64,000 bases of DNA. Origin: Vicinamibacteria bacterium (GTDB lineage Bacteria > Acidobacteriota > Vicinamibacteria > Marinacidobacterales > Marinacidobacteraceae). The number at the start of each line of letters is the position of its first letter. The first letter of the stretch is position 1. The position numbers and the translations under genes were made by a program. Shown in pieces: positions 10,206-20,169 of the stretch. The stretch covers positions 32,001 to 96,000 of the forward strand of contig CAXXLQ010000004.1 of the NCBI GenBank assembly GCA_963668695.2, given 5' to 3'. The notes beneath the pieces are model-generated. The model worked only from the letters and a program-made list of their open reading frames with translations, ran no database searches and was not told the DNA's origin.

Positions 10206-11575
10206 CGCCGGACTCCTTCCCGCGGTCCCCGCGGGCCGGGCCTGCCGGGGCCGGGCTCCGCGTCGTCCCCCTCGGACAACTTCTCTTCGAGTTCGGCGCG
10301 TTCGGCGGCAGCACTCTCCCGCATCGCCAGATCCTGCTCGCGGCTGAAGAGCATCTCCCCATCCACGAAGGTCATCTGGTTCACCGCGTAGGTGCTCAGC
10401 GGATGGCGGTCGAAGACCGCCAGGTCCGCGTCTTTCCCCACCTCGATCGAACCGATCCAGTCCCCGACCCCGAGCTGAATCGCCGGGTTGATGGTGATCA
10501 TGCGGAGCGCCTGTTCCTCGGTCATGCCGCCCCACTTCACGGTCTTGGCGGCCTCCTGATTCAGGTGCCGGGCTTCCTCCGCGCTGTCGGAGTTGATGGA
10601 TACCAGAATCCCCCGCTCGGTCATGAGCGCCGCGTTGTAGGGAATGGCGTCGTAGGCCTCGACCTTGTAGCCCCACCAATCCGAAAACGTTGAAGCCCCT
10701 GCCCCGTGCGCCGCGATCTCGTTCGCCACCTTGTAGCCCTCGAGCACGTGCTGGAGCGTCGCGATCCGGAACCCGAATTCCTCGGCGAGCCGCAGGAGCT
10801 GCAGGATTTCGTCCTGCCGGTAGCAGTGGGCATGCACGAGGCGCTCGCCCTCCAGAATCTCGACGAGCGGCTCGAGCTTCATGTCCCGCCGGGGGGGCAA
10901 CACCCGCTCGCCCCGGGCCTTCGCCACCTCGTAGTCGGCGAACTCCTGGCGGTAGGCCTCGGCGTCGGTGAACGCCTGCCGGATCACGTCCTGAACCCCC
11001 ATTCGGGTTGCCGGATAACGCCGCTCGACTCCCGCCGGCATGCCGCGGGACCGCTTCGGGTTCTCGCCGAGCGCGAACTTGATTCCCGGCGGCGCCCCCT
11101 CGAACACGAGCCCTTCGGCATCCGCTCCCCAGCGGTGCTTGATGACCACGTTCAGGCCGCCGATCGGGTTTGCGCTCCCGTGGAGGATGTTCGAAGTGGT
11201 CACCCCGCCCGCCAGCTCCCGGTAGATGTTGACGTCGTAGGGATCCACCACGTCACCGGTCCCGGTCATGGAGGAGACCGAGACGCTCCCCTCGTTGATG
11301 GACTCGGCGGCGATATGCGAGTGGGCGTCGATGATGCCGGGCATCACGAACATCCCGTCGGCCTCGATCACCTCGGCCCCCGCGGGGACCTCGACGCTCG
11401 CCCCCACTTCGGCGATCTTCCCGTCCCGGATCAGGATCGCTCCCGGCGACAGGATCCCCCCGGTCACGGTGAGCACCGTCGCTCCCCGGATCACGGTGGT
11501 TGCCTCCTGAACGGGGGCGGCGGCAAGCGGCGCGGCGGCGAGCGCCGCCGCCAGAAACAGACTCTTCAGTCGCAT
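10202..11575 (-). CDS. exported metal-dependent amidohydrolase
   Basis: Signal peptide; PGIIDAHSH, KFALGENPKR, HAHCY, QHVLEG, NSD, GSIEVGKDADL; RBS GAGGAG. Confidence 0.9.
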   Translation of the reverse strand: MRLKSLFLAAALAAAPLAAAPVQEATTVIRGATVLTVTGGILSPGAILIRDGKIAEVGASVEVPAGAEVIEADGMFVMPGIIDAHSHIAAESINEGSVSVSSMTGTGDVVDPYDVNIYRELAGGVTTSNILHGSANPIGGLNVVIKHRWGADAEGLVFEGAPPGIKFALGENPKRSRGMPAGVERRYPATRMGVQDVIRQAFTDAEAYRQEFADYEVAKARGERVLPPRRDMKLEPLVEILEGERLVHAHCYRQDEILQLLRLAEEFGFRIATLQHVLEGYKVANEIAAHGAGASTFSDWWGYKVEAYDAIPYNAALMTERGILVSINSDSAEEARHLNQEAAKTVKWGGMTEEQALRMITINPAIQLGVGDWIGSIEVGKDADLAVFDRHPLSTYAVNQMTFVDGEMLFSREQDLAMRESAAAERAELEEKLSEGDDAEPGPGRPGPRGPREGVRR

Positions 11576-11579
11576 TGCG

Positions 11580-13067
11580 TTACTCCTCGCTCCCGCTCGG
11601 GGCGGAGCGGCCATCGGCCGAGCGTTCGGGCTCGTCGTCTTCGGTCTCGGCTTCGTCCTCCGCGTCCGGGCGGTGAATCACTCCGTCCACAAACACCGTT
11701 TCCACCCTCGCCCCGTCCTCGAAAATGTCCTTGTCCGCGATCACCAGGTTGGCGATCCGCCCTGTCTGGAGCGTCCCAACCCGGTCCGCCACCCCGAAGA
11801 TCTCCGCCGGGGCCAGAGTGAGCGCGGTCAGCGCCGCCTCCCGCTCGAGGCCGCGCTCGACGGCCTTCCGGACCGCCGCGATATCGCCGCCGGAACTCCC
11901 GGCGGAGGCACCGCGCCCACGCGGCCCTCCGCCCGCTGCCGGGCTCTCCCCCCGGTAGAAGGCGAAACGGACCCCCGCCGCGGCGAGCGCTGCGGGGCCG
12001 GCCGGCGCCTGGTCGCGGAGGCGAAGGGTGCGCAGCGGAATCTCCGCTTCGGGGTCTGCCTGCGGATCGACCTTCGGCCAATTCAGATCCACCAGGATGG
12101 GCACGCCGTGCTCCTTCAGGAACTGCGCGGATTCCCCTGCCTCGTGGCCCCCGTAGAGGACCGGGCGAATACCGAACTCTTCCGCGAGCCCCACCATCCG
12201 GCGCACTTCCTTGTCGAGGCTCGCCGGCAACAGCACCGGCTGGTCACCGGAAGCCGCCGCGGCGAGCGGGGCGAGGGTCCGGTCGTAACGCGGCCGCACG
12301 AGGCCCGCCGGATCCTCTTCGTACATGCGCCAAACCTCGCCGTAGTGCGAAACGTCGAGGAAGAGCTGCCGCAGGTAGGCGATCACCCCCATCAGGGAAC
12401 CGGGGAAGGAGCGGAAACCGCGCGTTCCGAGCCGGACCACCACCGCCACGTCCGGAGCGACCACCAGATCGCGTGAGTCGACTCCTTCGGGGCCGGCCAG
12501 GTTCAGCAAGGCTGCCCGGCCCGAGACGATCCCGTCCGGCGGCGCCGAGACCGCCGAGGTAAACCCGGTGCTCCGGCGCGCCGCGATCCGTTCGTCGCTC
12601 GCCCGCAGGTCGTCGGCGGCGAGTCGCCAGGAGAAGGTGTCGGGCCGGTCCTCGGGCCCCCGCGAAGGAGGCGGAGGCTGCGCGGCGCCCGCACCTGCGG
12701 CGCGTGGCCCCCGGGCCGGGCCGTCGGGCGAACCCCCGCCGAGGCCGAGATCGCTGAGCGCAGTGATGAAACCCGGATAGACGTGCTTCCCGGCCGCATC
12801 CATTCCGGCAGCCCCGGCCGGGACCTCGCCGCCCGCCTCGACCGAAACGATCAGCCCGTCCCGGATTACCACGGTGGCTCCCTCCAGGACGGTCCCGTCG
12901 CCGACGTGGACCATGCCCCCGGTGATCGCCCAGGCCCGCGGGCCCCGGTCGGCCACCTCCCGGGAGGAGAGCTGGGCGGCCGCGGTCGCCGGCCCTGCCG
13001 CGAGGAAGAGCACCGCCAGCGGTGCAAGCAGGCGGGAGGCGCGCCGCCGGAGGTTTCGTCTCGCCAT
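11580..13067 (-). CDS. exported amidohydrolase-family protein lacking the metal-binding HxH
   Basis: VYPGFITALSDLGL, FPGSLMGVIAYLRQ, GTLQTGRIANLV. Confidence 0.8.
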   Translation of the reverse strand: MARRNLRRRASRLLAPLAVLFLAAGPATAAAQLSSREVADRGPRAWAITGGMVHVGDGTVLEGATVVIRDGLIVSVEAGGEVPAGAAGMDAAGKHVYPGFITALSDLGLGGGSPDGPARGPRAAGAGAAQPPPPSRGPEDRPDTFSWRLAADDLRASDERIAARRSTGFTSAVSAPPDGIVSGRAALLNLAGPEGVDSRDLVVAPDVAVVVRLGTRGFRSFPGSLMGVIAYLRQLFLDVSHYGEVWRMYEEDPAGLVRPRYDRTLAPLAAAASGDQPVLLPASLDKEVRRMVGLAEEFGIRPVLYGGHEAGESAQFLKEHGVPILVDLNWPKVDPQADPEAEIPLRTLRLRDQAPAGPAALAAAGVRFAFYRGESPAAGGGPRGRGASAGSSGGDIAAVRKAVERGLEREAALTALTLAPAEIFGVADRVGTLQTGRIANLVIADKDIFEDGARVETVFVDGVIHRPDAEDEAETEDDEPERSADGRSAPSGSEE

Positions 13068-13226
13068 GGCGGGCGAGTCTGTCCGAGCGGCAGGCAGCGG
13101 TCAACCGGGGCGGCACCATCTACGCTGGCGGCGATTCGCGGTTTCGCCAGCCGGCGGCTGGCCGTGCCGGTCGGAGGACCGGCGTTCCCTAACCTTCTTC
13201 CCCACGCGTAAGATTCCGGCCGCCTC

Positions 13227-14756
13227 GTGCCTCGCTTCTACCTGACCACCGCCATCGACTACGTCAACTCACCGCCGCACCTCGGCACGGCCTACGAGAA
13301 GATCACCGCCGACGTGATCGCGCGCTTCAAGCGGAGCGCGGGGTACGACACCCACTTCCTGATGGGGGCCGACGAGCACTCCCTCAACGTGCGCCGGAAG
13401 GCTGAAGAACAGGGCCTCGATCCGCTGGACTACTGCGCCAAGATGGAGGACACCTTCCGCGCGGTCTGGGCGAAGCTCGACGTCTCCTACGACGAGTTCA
13501 TCCGCACCACCGAGAAGCGGCACCACCTGGGGGTCCAGAAGCTGCTCAAGGCGATTCGCGCCCGGGGCGGCATCTACGAGGGAACGTACGAGGGTTGGTA
13601 CTGCGTCTCCTGCGAGGCCTTCAAACAGGAGAAGGATCTTGAAGACGGCACCTGCCCCCTCCACCGGGCAAAGCCGGACTGGATCTCCGAGAAGAACCAC
13701 TTCTTCCGCCTCTCGGCGTACCGCGACCGGTTGCTAGAGTTGTACCGGGACCAGCCGAGCTTTATCGAGCCCGAGACCCGGCGGAACGAGCTGACGAACG
13801 TCCTCGAAGCGGGGCTCCTCGATCTTTCGGTCAGCCGGCCGAGCACCGGCTGGGGAATCCCGGTGCCTTTCGACGACGCCAGCGTGGTGTACGTCTGGTT
13901 CGACGCGCTCATGAACTATCTCTCGGCAACCGGTTACGGGACCGACGAGGAAGGCTGGGAGGAGCGCTGGCCCGCCGACCTCCACATCGTGGGCAAGGAC
14001 ATCACCCGCTTCCACGCCGTGATCTGGCCGGCCATGCTGATGGCGGCCGGGCTTCCCATCCCGCGGCAGGTCTTCGGGCATGGCTTCGTGAACTTCCAGG
14101 GAGAGCGGATGAGCAAGTCGCTCGGAACGGCAGTGGACCCGCTCGAAGCGAGCGACCACTTCGGCCCCGACCCGCTCAGACTCTTCCTGGTCCGCGAAAT
14201 CCAGTACGGACAGGACGGTGACTTCTCCTGGGACCGTTTCGAGGCGCGTTACGACTCGGATCTCGCCAACGCGCTCGGGAACCTGGTCAGCCGCATCACC
14301 TCGATGGCCGCCCGCTATCGCGATGGCCGGCTGGCCGCTTCGGCCCGCTCGGCTCTTCCTGAAATCTCGACCCGGGCGGTCGCCGACTACCGCGAGGCGA
14401 TGGAGGGACTTCGTCTTCACGACGGGGCGGCCGCCGCCTTCCGGATCGTCGGGGCGGTCAACGAATTCCTGACCTTGCGCACTCCCTGGAAGCTCGCCAA
14501 GGATCCGGACGCCGGAGAGGCGCTCGACGAAGCTCTCTACGAAGCCGCGGAGGCAACCCGGATCGCCGCCGTCCTTCTCCATCCGGTCATGCCGAAGTCC
14601 ACCGCTCGCATTCTTGAACGCTTGGGCGGCGCGTCCGCCGATCCGATCCGCTTCGACGAGCACGCCGTCTTTCAGGGAGCCCGGGTCCTCGCCACGCAGG
14701 CGGGGGCACCCCTCTGGCCGCGGCTCTCCACCCGGCGATCAGGAAACCGGGGGTAA
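13227..14756 (+). CDS. metG: methionine--tRNA ligase (short form, no C-terminal tRNA-binding domain)
   Basis: FYLTTAIDYVN.PHLG, GADEH, CVSC/CPLH zinc knuckle, YVWFDAL, GKDITRFH, RMSKSLG. Confidence 0.95.
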   Translation: MPRFYLTTAIDYVNSPPHLGTAYEKITADVIARFKRSAGYDTHFLMGADEHSLNVRRKAEEQGLDPLDYCAKMEDTFRAVWAKLDVSYDEFIRTTEKRHHLGVQKLLKAIRARGGIYEGTYEGWYCVSCEAFKQEKDLEDGTCPLHRAKPDWISEKNHFFRLSAYRDRLLELYRDQPSFIEPETRRNELTNVLEAGLLDLSVSRPSTGWGIPVPFDDASVVYVWFDALMNYLSATGYGTDEEGWEERWPADLHIVGKDITRFHAVIWPAMLMAAGLPIPRQVFGHGFVNFQGERMSKSLGTAVDPLEASDHFGPDPLRLFLVREIQYGQDGDFSWDRFEARYDSDLANALGNLVSRITSMAARYRDGRLAASARSALPEISTRAVADYREAMEGLRLHDGAAAAFRIVGAVNEFLTLRTPWKLAKDPDAGEALDEALYEAAEATRIAAVLLHPVMPKSTARILERLGGASADPIRFDEHAVFQGARVLATQAGAPLWPRLSTRRSGNRG

Positions 14757-15028
14757 CAGCCTGTGGTGAAACCCACGCGGCCCAGTTCTCCCGGTGGGGG
14801 CTCGAGCGGCGATCCATCCCGCCTGAACCGCCCCCCCACCGGGAGAACTGGCGCTTTGCGGCGCTCGACGTTGCGTTTCGGTCGAAATACACTCGGGCCA
14901 GTTCTCCCGGTGGGGGCTCCTCCCTCACGCGCCTTGTCAGGCGGGCCCCCACCGGGAGGACTGACCCCACCGGGAGAACTGGGCCTCACCGCTCTCGGCG
15001 CTCACCCGGGTTCCACCACAGGCTGGTA
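14754..15028. mobile_element. MITE-like repeat element, copy C
   Basis: TA-ACAGCCTGTGGTGAAACCC...GGGTTCCACCACAGGCTGG-TA; carries five 19-bp sub-modules. Confidence 0.75.
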
Positions 15029-15061
15029 AGCGGGCAGGCCACGGCTCGCGGCGCCTCGGGA

Positions 15062-16357
15062 GTGGCGATGACCTCCAGCGCCGCCAATCCCTTCTCGCGG
15101 AATTGGTTGATGGGGTTCCGGGCGGACCTGATCTGGATCATCCTCTCGGCCGGCATCGGTTGGGCCTACCTGGCGCTCATCCTCGGGGTGGGCGCCGGGC
15201 TGGACAACCCGCTCCGGGACGCCTTCGCCACCCTGCGGGTCGGGGACTTCGCCCTCCCGGTGAGCCTGGGACTGGTAGTGGTCACGAGTTGGGCGGTGCT
15301 GCTCGACGCGCCGCACCTGTTCGCCACCCTGGCCCGCACGGTGCTGGATCCCGAGGAATGGCGCCTTCGTGGCGGGGTGCTGCTGGCTTCGTTCGGCTTC
15401 TTCCTGCTTGGCCCGGCCCTCATCCTGGCCCCCCGGCTGCTGGCTTCCGCCGGCGTCCTCCCGTCCGGCTGGCAAACCGCCGGAAGTGTCGTCTTCCTGG
15501 TCTTCTTCCGCCTGTGGGCCTACTACCACGTGGTGCGCCAGCACTGGGGGTTCTTGCGGCTCTACGCCCGCCGGAATCCGGCGGCGGAGGACGAGTTCGA
15601 GCTCCGCGTGGATCGGATCGTCTTCCCGATCGTCTTCTACCTGCCGATCGGGTGGTTCCTGACCGCTCCCTGGTACGGGGGGAGCGGGCTGCCGGAGTTG
15701 GGATTCGCCACCGAGATCGGCGGCCGGGCGCTCGGGTCCTGGCTCCACCTGCCGCTGGGATCGCTCTGGCTCCTCGCCGTGATCGGCTACGCCGCCTTCC
15801 AGTGGCGCCGTTACCTTCAGGGCAAGCCGAGAAATCTCCCCAAACTGCTGCTCCTGGCCGCCACCGTGCCGCTCCACGCCGCGGCGTTTTCGAACCCGCT
15901 TCTCGTCCTCTTCGTGGTGCCGCTGGTCACCGCCGGCCACAACCTCCAGTACCACCGGTTTGTTTGGGACTATGCGAAGCGCCGCTACCGTTCCGGACAC
16001 AGCGCCGCTGCCTTCTCGTTCCGGAGTCCGGCGATCTACTTCGCGCTCGGGCTGGTGTTCACCTTCCTCGCTTACCGGGGACCCCTGGTCCACTCGGTGA
16101 GCGGGATGCTGTCCGGGCTACTCAACCAGGTGCTGCTGCCGCTGGCAGGTCTGGTGGCCGGGGCCCCGGGCGACGGAGGGGGCGCCTTGGGAGCCGAGGT
16201 GGTAGCGGCTTCACTCCTCGGCTGGGCAATGCAGCACTACTACCTCGACGCCCGCATTTGGCGGGTCTCGAAGGATGAACGTCTCCGGAAGGTGCTCGAT
16301 ACGCCCCTTCCCGTGGGAACTACCGCTCCAGGGATTTCCGGAACGCTTCGATCGTAA
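15062..16357 (+). CDS. multi-pass membrane protein of unknown function with His motifs
   Basis: 431 aa with many hydrophobic segments; DAPHLFAT, YYHVVRQHWG, GHNLQYH, QHYYLD. Confidence 0.75.
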   Translation: MAMTSSAANPFSRNWLMGFRADLIWIILSAGIGWAYLALILGVGAGLDNPLRDAFATLRVGDFALPVSLGLVVVTSWAVLLDAPHLFATLARTVLDPEEWRLRGGVLLASFGFFLLGPALILAPRLLASAGVLPSGWQTAGSVVFLVFFRLWAYYHVVRQHWGFLRLYARRNPAAEDEFELRVDRIVFPIVFYLPIGWFLTAPWYGGSGLPELGFATEIGGRALGSWLHLPLGSLWLLAVIGYAAFQWRRYLQGKPRNLPKLLLLAATVPLHAAAFSNPLLVLFVVPLVTAGHNLQYHRFVWDYAKRRYRSGHSAAAFSFRSPAIYFALGLVFTFLAYRGPLVHSVSGMLSGLLNQVLLPLAGLVAGAPGDGGGALGAEVVAASLLGWAMQHYYLDARIWRVSKDERLRKVLDTPLPVGTTAPGISGTLRS

Positions 16358-17183
16358 TCTCCGCCCGGCGCGCCACCATCGCCTGCCCGTTCGCAATCGT
16401 CTGATCGAGCGGGTCGAGCGAGACGCCGTTGATCTCGAAGAGGCCGGCCGCCCGACGTTCGCGCGCCCGGATCGTTCCCGGGTCCACCGTCGCCATGATC
16501 GCGTCGTAGTGATAGTCGTCGTGGATCCCGGCTCGCGACGCGGATTGGACGTCCGGCTCCTGGTGCACCCCGAGTTCCTTGAGCTGTTCGAAGCTCCAGA
16601 TGTCCTCCCGGTAGTACTCGAGGATGTGATGGAGGCGTACGCCGGCATGCGGCGGTTCGGCGTTCCAGCGCTCCGCAACCGCGGCCATTCCGCGCTGGTT
16701 CCCGCCGCTGTCACCGATCATGAGGATGTCGGTGAACCCACTGGTCGCGAGGCTTCGCGCCACGTCGGTGAGGACCATCTCGAAGGTCTCCGGGGTGAGG
16801 CTGAAGGTCCCCGGGAAGCGCATGTGACCGGTCGGGGGGTCGTGGTCCCCTTCGGGCACGAGCTTGACGATGGGAGCGACCAGCGCGTTGCCCAGCCGCC
16901 GGGCAATCGCCTCCGTAGTAGCCCTGAGCACCACGTTGTGCTTCCCGGTGACCACGTAGGGACCGTTCTGCTCGATGCCGCCGGTGGCGACGATCGCGGT
17001 GGTTGCTCCGCCGGCGATCCGGTCGCGCACCTCCATCCAGGTCAGCTCTTCAATGAAGACGCTGTCAAACGCCGCGATGGGCCGCTCGGCGTCGAGCGCG
17101 TTCCAGGGATGATCCTGGGCTCCGCCGCCGCAACTGAGCGTTGCCACCGAAAAAAGAAGAACGAAAAGGCACCGAACGGACAT
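16320..17183 (-). CDS. creatininase-family protein, probable lipoprotein
   Basis: EELTWMEVRD, TGGIEQNGPYVVTGKHN, FPGTFSL, GDSGGNQ; lipobox LSC. Confidence 0.85.
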   Translation of the reverse strand: MSVRCLFVLLFSVATLSCGGGAQDHPWNALDAERPIAAFDSVFIEELTWMEVRDRIAGGATTAIVATGGIEQNGPYVVTGKHNVVLRATTEAIARRLGNALVAPIVKLVPEGDHDPPTGHMRFPGTFSLTPETFEMVLTDVARSLATSGFTDILMIGDSGGNQRGMAAVAERWNAEPPHAGVRLHHILEYYREDIWSFEQLKELGVHQEPDVQSASRAGIHDDYHYDAIMATVDPGTIRARERRAAGLFEINGVSLDPLDQTIANGQAMVARRAEITIEAFRKSLER

Positions 17184-17249
17184 AGGGACCATTGTTGGCG
17201 GAGAAGGCCCGTAGCGCAACCGCATCGCGGGTCCAACCCGCGCCCGCCG

Positions 17250-18362
17250 CTACGCGGGAAAGACCGGCACCGGCCCCGCGGGACGAAGACCCACCCGCTG
17301 TCCCGGCCGGAGGAGCCCCTGCCAGATCTCTCGCGCCGGAGACCGTGCGGCAATGGAGTTTCCCGAGGGAAGACGCGCCTCGATGAGCTGGAAGGCTCCG
17401 TGGAACGATGTCCGGGTCAGCACCGCGGAGGTGGCCGCGGCGCGCTCTTCGTCCACGAAGGGCTCCACCAGCAGCCCGTCGAGCGGCAGGAGGACCTCGA
17501 CCGGACCCCGGGGCGGCGCTTCACCGGAAGCCGGCGCCAGGATCTCGACCCGACCAATCTCGCAGACCGCAGTCTTGCCGTCGCTCTCGCCCGGGAGGAA
17601 GTTGGTCTCCCCGAGGAACTCCGCGCCGGCGCGGCTTCCGGGATCCCGGGCGAGTTCCTCGGGCCTTCCGGAACGGACCACCCTCCCGTCCAGCAGGAGA
17701 ACGACCTGGTCCGCGAGCAGAAACGCCTCTTCCCGGTCATGAGTAACGAGTACCGCCGTCGTACCGAGGCGCCGGAGGAGTTGCGCCACTTCCTCCCGCA
17801 CGCCCGCCCGGCGGGGCGCGTCGAGGTTCGAAAACGGCTCGTCCAGCAGCACCACCGCCGGCTCGGGGGCGAGGGCGCGCGCGAGCGCCACCCGTTGCTG
17901 TTCTCCACCGGAGAGTTCGTGGGGCCGCTGCCCTGCCATTTCCGACAACCCGACCATCTGGAGAGCGCCCCAGGCACGCGACAGACCCGCCGGTCCCGGC
18001 ACTCCGAAGGCCACATTCCCGAGGGCGGAGAGATGCGGGAAGAGCGCGTATTCCTGGAACACGAGACCCACCCGCCGCGACTCCGGTGGAACGAACACGC
18101 CCTTTCCGCTCACCGTCCGCCCCAGCAGCCGCACTTCTCCCGCGTCCGCCGTTTCCAGACCGGCCACGATGCGGAGCAGGGTTGTCTTCCCCCCGCCGCT
18201 CGGCCCCAAGACGGCGGTCAGGCTGCCGGAAGGGACATCCAGATCCACTCCGGCCAGCACCGTGCGGTCCGGATCCCGATCCCCGTTGCCGCGAAAGCGT
18301 TTCTCGATCGCCCGGCAACAAAGCGCCGGTTCGTGGGCAGCGTCGCCGCCCGCACCACTCAT
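17250..18362 (-). CDS. fbpC: Fe(III) ABC transporter ATP-binding protein
   Basis: GPSGGGKT, VFQEYALFPHL, LSGGEQQRVALARAL; operon context. Confidence 0.85.
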   Translation of the reverse strand: MSGAGGDAAHEPALCCRAIEKRFRGNGDRDPDRTVLAGVDLDVPSGSLTAVLGPSGGGKTTLLRIVAGLETADAGEVRLLGRTVSGKGVFVPPESRRVGLVFQEYALFPHLSALGNVAFGVPGPAGLSRAWGALQMVGLSEMAGQRPHELSGGEQQRVALARALAPEPAVVLLDEPFSNLDAPRRAGVREEVAQLLRRLGTTAVLVTHDREEAFLLADQVVLLLDGRVVRSGRPEELARDPGSRAGAEFLGETNFLPGESDGKTAVCEIGRVEILAPASGEAPPRGPVEVLLPLDGLLVEPFVDEERAAATSAVLTRTSFHGAFQLIEARLPSGNSIAARSPAREIWQGLLRPGQRVGLRPAGPVPVFPA

Positions 18363-19951
18363 CAGCGCACCGCCGGACGAAGTGGACGTCCCGGACGCAG
18401 GACGACGAGAAGCGCCACCGCGCAGAACAGGAGCAGGATCAGCGAAGCGGCCGCCGCCCGGCCGAGTTCAACGTTCTCAGCCGCACTCCAGACGGTGGTA
18501 GCGAGAGTGGTGTATCCGGTGGGCGCCAGCATGAGGGTGGCGGGCAACTCCTTGACGCTGGTCAGAAACACGAGGGCGAGTCCCGACGCCAGGCCGGGGC
18601 CGAGCAGGGGCAGCGTAATCTGCAGATGGCGGCGCATCCAGCGGGCGCCCAGGGAACGCGCCGCGTCGTCGAGCCGCGCGCTGAGCGGCGCGAGGGTGGC
18701 CTCGATCGGCGCGATCGCCTGCGGCAACATGTGAACTGCGTACGCGAAGACCAGCAGGGCCAGCGTCTGGTAGAGGAAGGGCGCCAGGTTCACCGCGAAA
18801 AAGACGAGCGACAGGCCGACGACGAGTCCCGGCAAACCGAAACCGATGTGCGAGATGGCACGGAGGGCGGAACTCCGCGGCGAGGGGAAGCGGACCGTCA
18901 GGAAGGCCACCGGGATGGCGAGCGCGGTCGTCACAACCGCGGCGAGCAGCGATACGAGTCCCGTTCGTCCCAGCGCGGGAACGAGCCCGGTCACCGCCCC
19001 GACAGGGGCCTGGACCAGCCAGTAGACACAGACCCCGACCGGAAGGACGAGCGCCGGCAGCAGAACCAGGAGGCACAGGAGCAGCCCCGCCCACTTCCAG
19101 CCGCCGAGCGCGTGGATGCGGGGCGGCCGGGCTTGCACGGCCCCGGGAGACGGGCCCGCGGAACTCTCGAACCGCCTGGCGGCGGCGAGCACCAGGAGGG
19201 TCGCGAACACCAGCAGGAGGGCAAGCCCGGCCGCCGTGTGGCGGTCCAGCGATCCGCGGAGCTGGTTGTAGATGGCCCAGGTGAAGGTCTCGTAGCGCAG
19301 CAGCGAGACGGCTCCGAAGTCGCTCAGGGTGTAAAGCGCCGCGAGCAACCCGCCCGACAACAGGGCCGTCGACAAGAGCGGCAGGGTCACCCGGGTGAAG
19401 CGCCGCCAGCGGCTGGCGCCGAGCACTTTCGCGGCATCGTCGAGCGATCCATCCATAACCGCAAACCGGGCACGGGCCGCCAGATACACGTAGGGGTAGT
19501 TGAGCAGCACGAGTACCAGAAAGGCGCCGGGGAAACCGTAGATCTCCGGAAGCCGTTCCCACCCCGTGAAAGGTTCCAACGCGCGTTGGAGCAGCCCCCG
19601 CGGGCCGAGCGCGGTAGCCACGGTAAAGGCCGCCACGTACGACGGCACCGCGAGCGGCAGCGCCAACAGGCCGGTCAGGATTCGCCGGCCGGGGAGGTCG
19701 GTCCTCGCAGTGAGCCAGGCCAACGGCAGCCCGAGCCCGGCGGCCCCCGTCGCCACCGCTGCGGTCAGGAGGAGGGTCCTGCCAGCGATTCCGATGCTGC
19801 GCTCTCTCAGCAGCACGTCGAACAATCCGCCGCCGCCCAGCGCCCGTCCCGCCAGATAGAGGAGCGGCAGGATGCACATCGCCGCGACAAAGATGCCCGA
19901 GGCCTGGAGAAGCCGGGAAGGCGGGCGGCTCCACCGGGCCGGAGCGCTCAT
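18362..19951 (-). CDS. fbpB: Fe(III) ABC transporter permease (two BPD domains)
   Basis: Two EAA-like loops (DDAAKVLGA, DDAARSLGA); LSDFGAV, KELPATL. Confidence 0.85.
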   Translation of the reverse strand: MSAPARWSRPPSRLLQASGIFVAAMCILPLLYLAGRALGGGGLFDVLLRERSIGIAGRTLLLTAAVATGAAGLGLPLAWLTARTDLPGRRILTGLLALPLAVPSYVAAFTVATALGPRGLLQRALEPFTGWERLPEIYGFPGAFLVLVLLNYPYVYLAARARFAVMDGSLDDAAKVLGASRWRRFTRVTLPLLSTALLSGGLLAALYTLSDFGAVSLLRYETFTWAIYNQLRGSLDRHTAAGLALLLVFATLLVLAAARRFESSAGPSPGAVQARPPRIHALGGWKWAGLLLCLLVLLPALVLPVGVCVYWLVQAPVGAVTGLVPALGRTGLVSLLAAVVTTALAIPVAFLTVRFPSPRSSALRAISHIGFGLPGLVVGLSLVFFAVNLAPFLYQTLALLVFAYAVHMLPQAIAPIEATLAPLSARLDDAARSLGARWMRRHLQITLPLLGPGLASGLALVFLTSVKELPATLMLAPTGYTTLATTVWSAAENVELGRAAAASLILLLFCAVALLVVLRPGRPLRPAVR

Positions 19952-20103
19952 TGTTTCCGGAAAGGGCTGTTCATGAGTGACTCATCACCGTGGCCAGTGC
20001 GGCCGTTCGGCGCTCCCCGGCGTAGAGGGCCAGAGGAGTCGGTGCCGGAGACCTGCCGGGCCGCTACCTCGCGGCGCGCAGCGCCGCGGGGGTGGGATTG
20101 GGA

Positions 20104-20130
20104 TGCGGGGAGGGGTGTCCCCTCCCCGCA
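20104..20130. repeat. perfect 12-bp hairpin
   Basis: TGCGGGGAGGGG-TGT-CCCCTCCCCGCA. Confidence 0.6.
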
Positions 20131-20169
20131 AAAAACGACGTCGCGAATCGCGCCGCGAATCGCGACATC

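Noticed and set aside
13227-14756. HLGT and RMSKS variants in MetG as signs of an unusual synthetase
   Set aside because: Within the natural variation of class I HIGH/KMSKS motifs; the rest of the protein is canonical
20104-20136. Hairpin plus A-run as a rho-independent terminator
   Set aside because: The A-run follows the stem on the plus strand, so the U-run precedes it on the minus strand; wrong geometry on both strands
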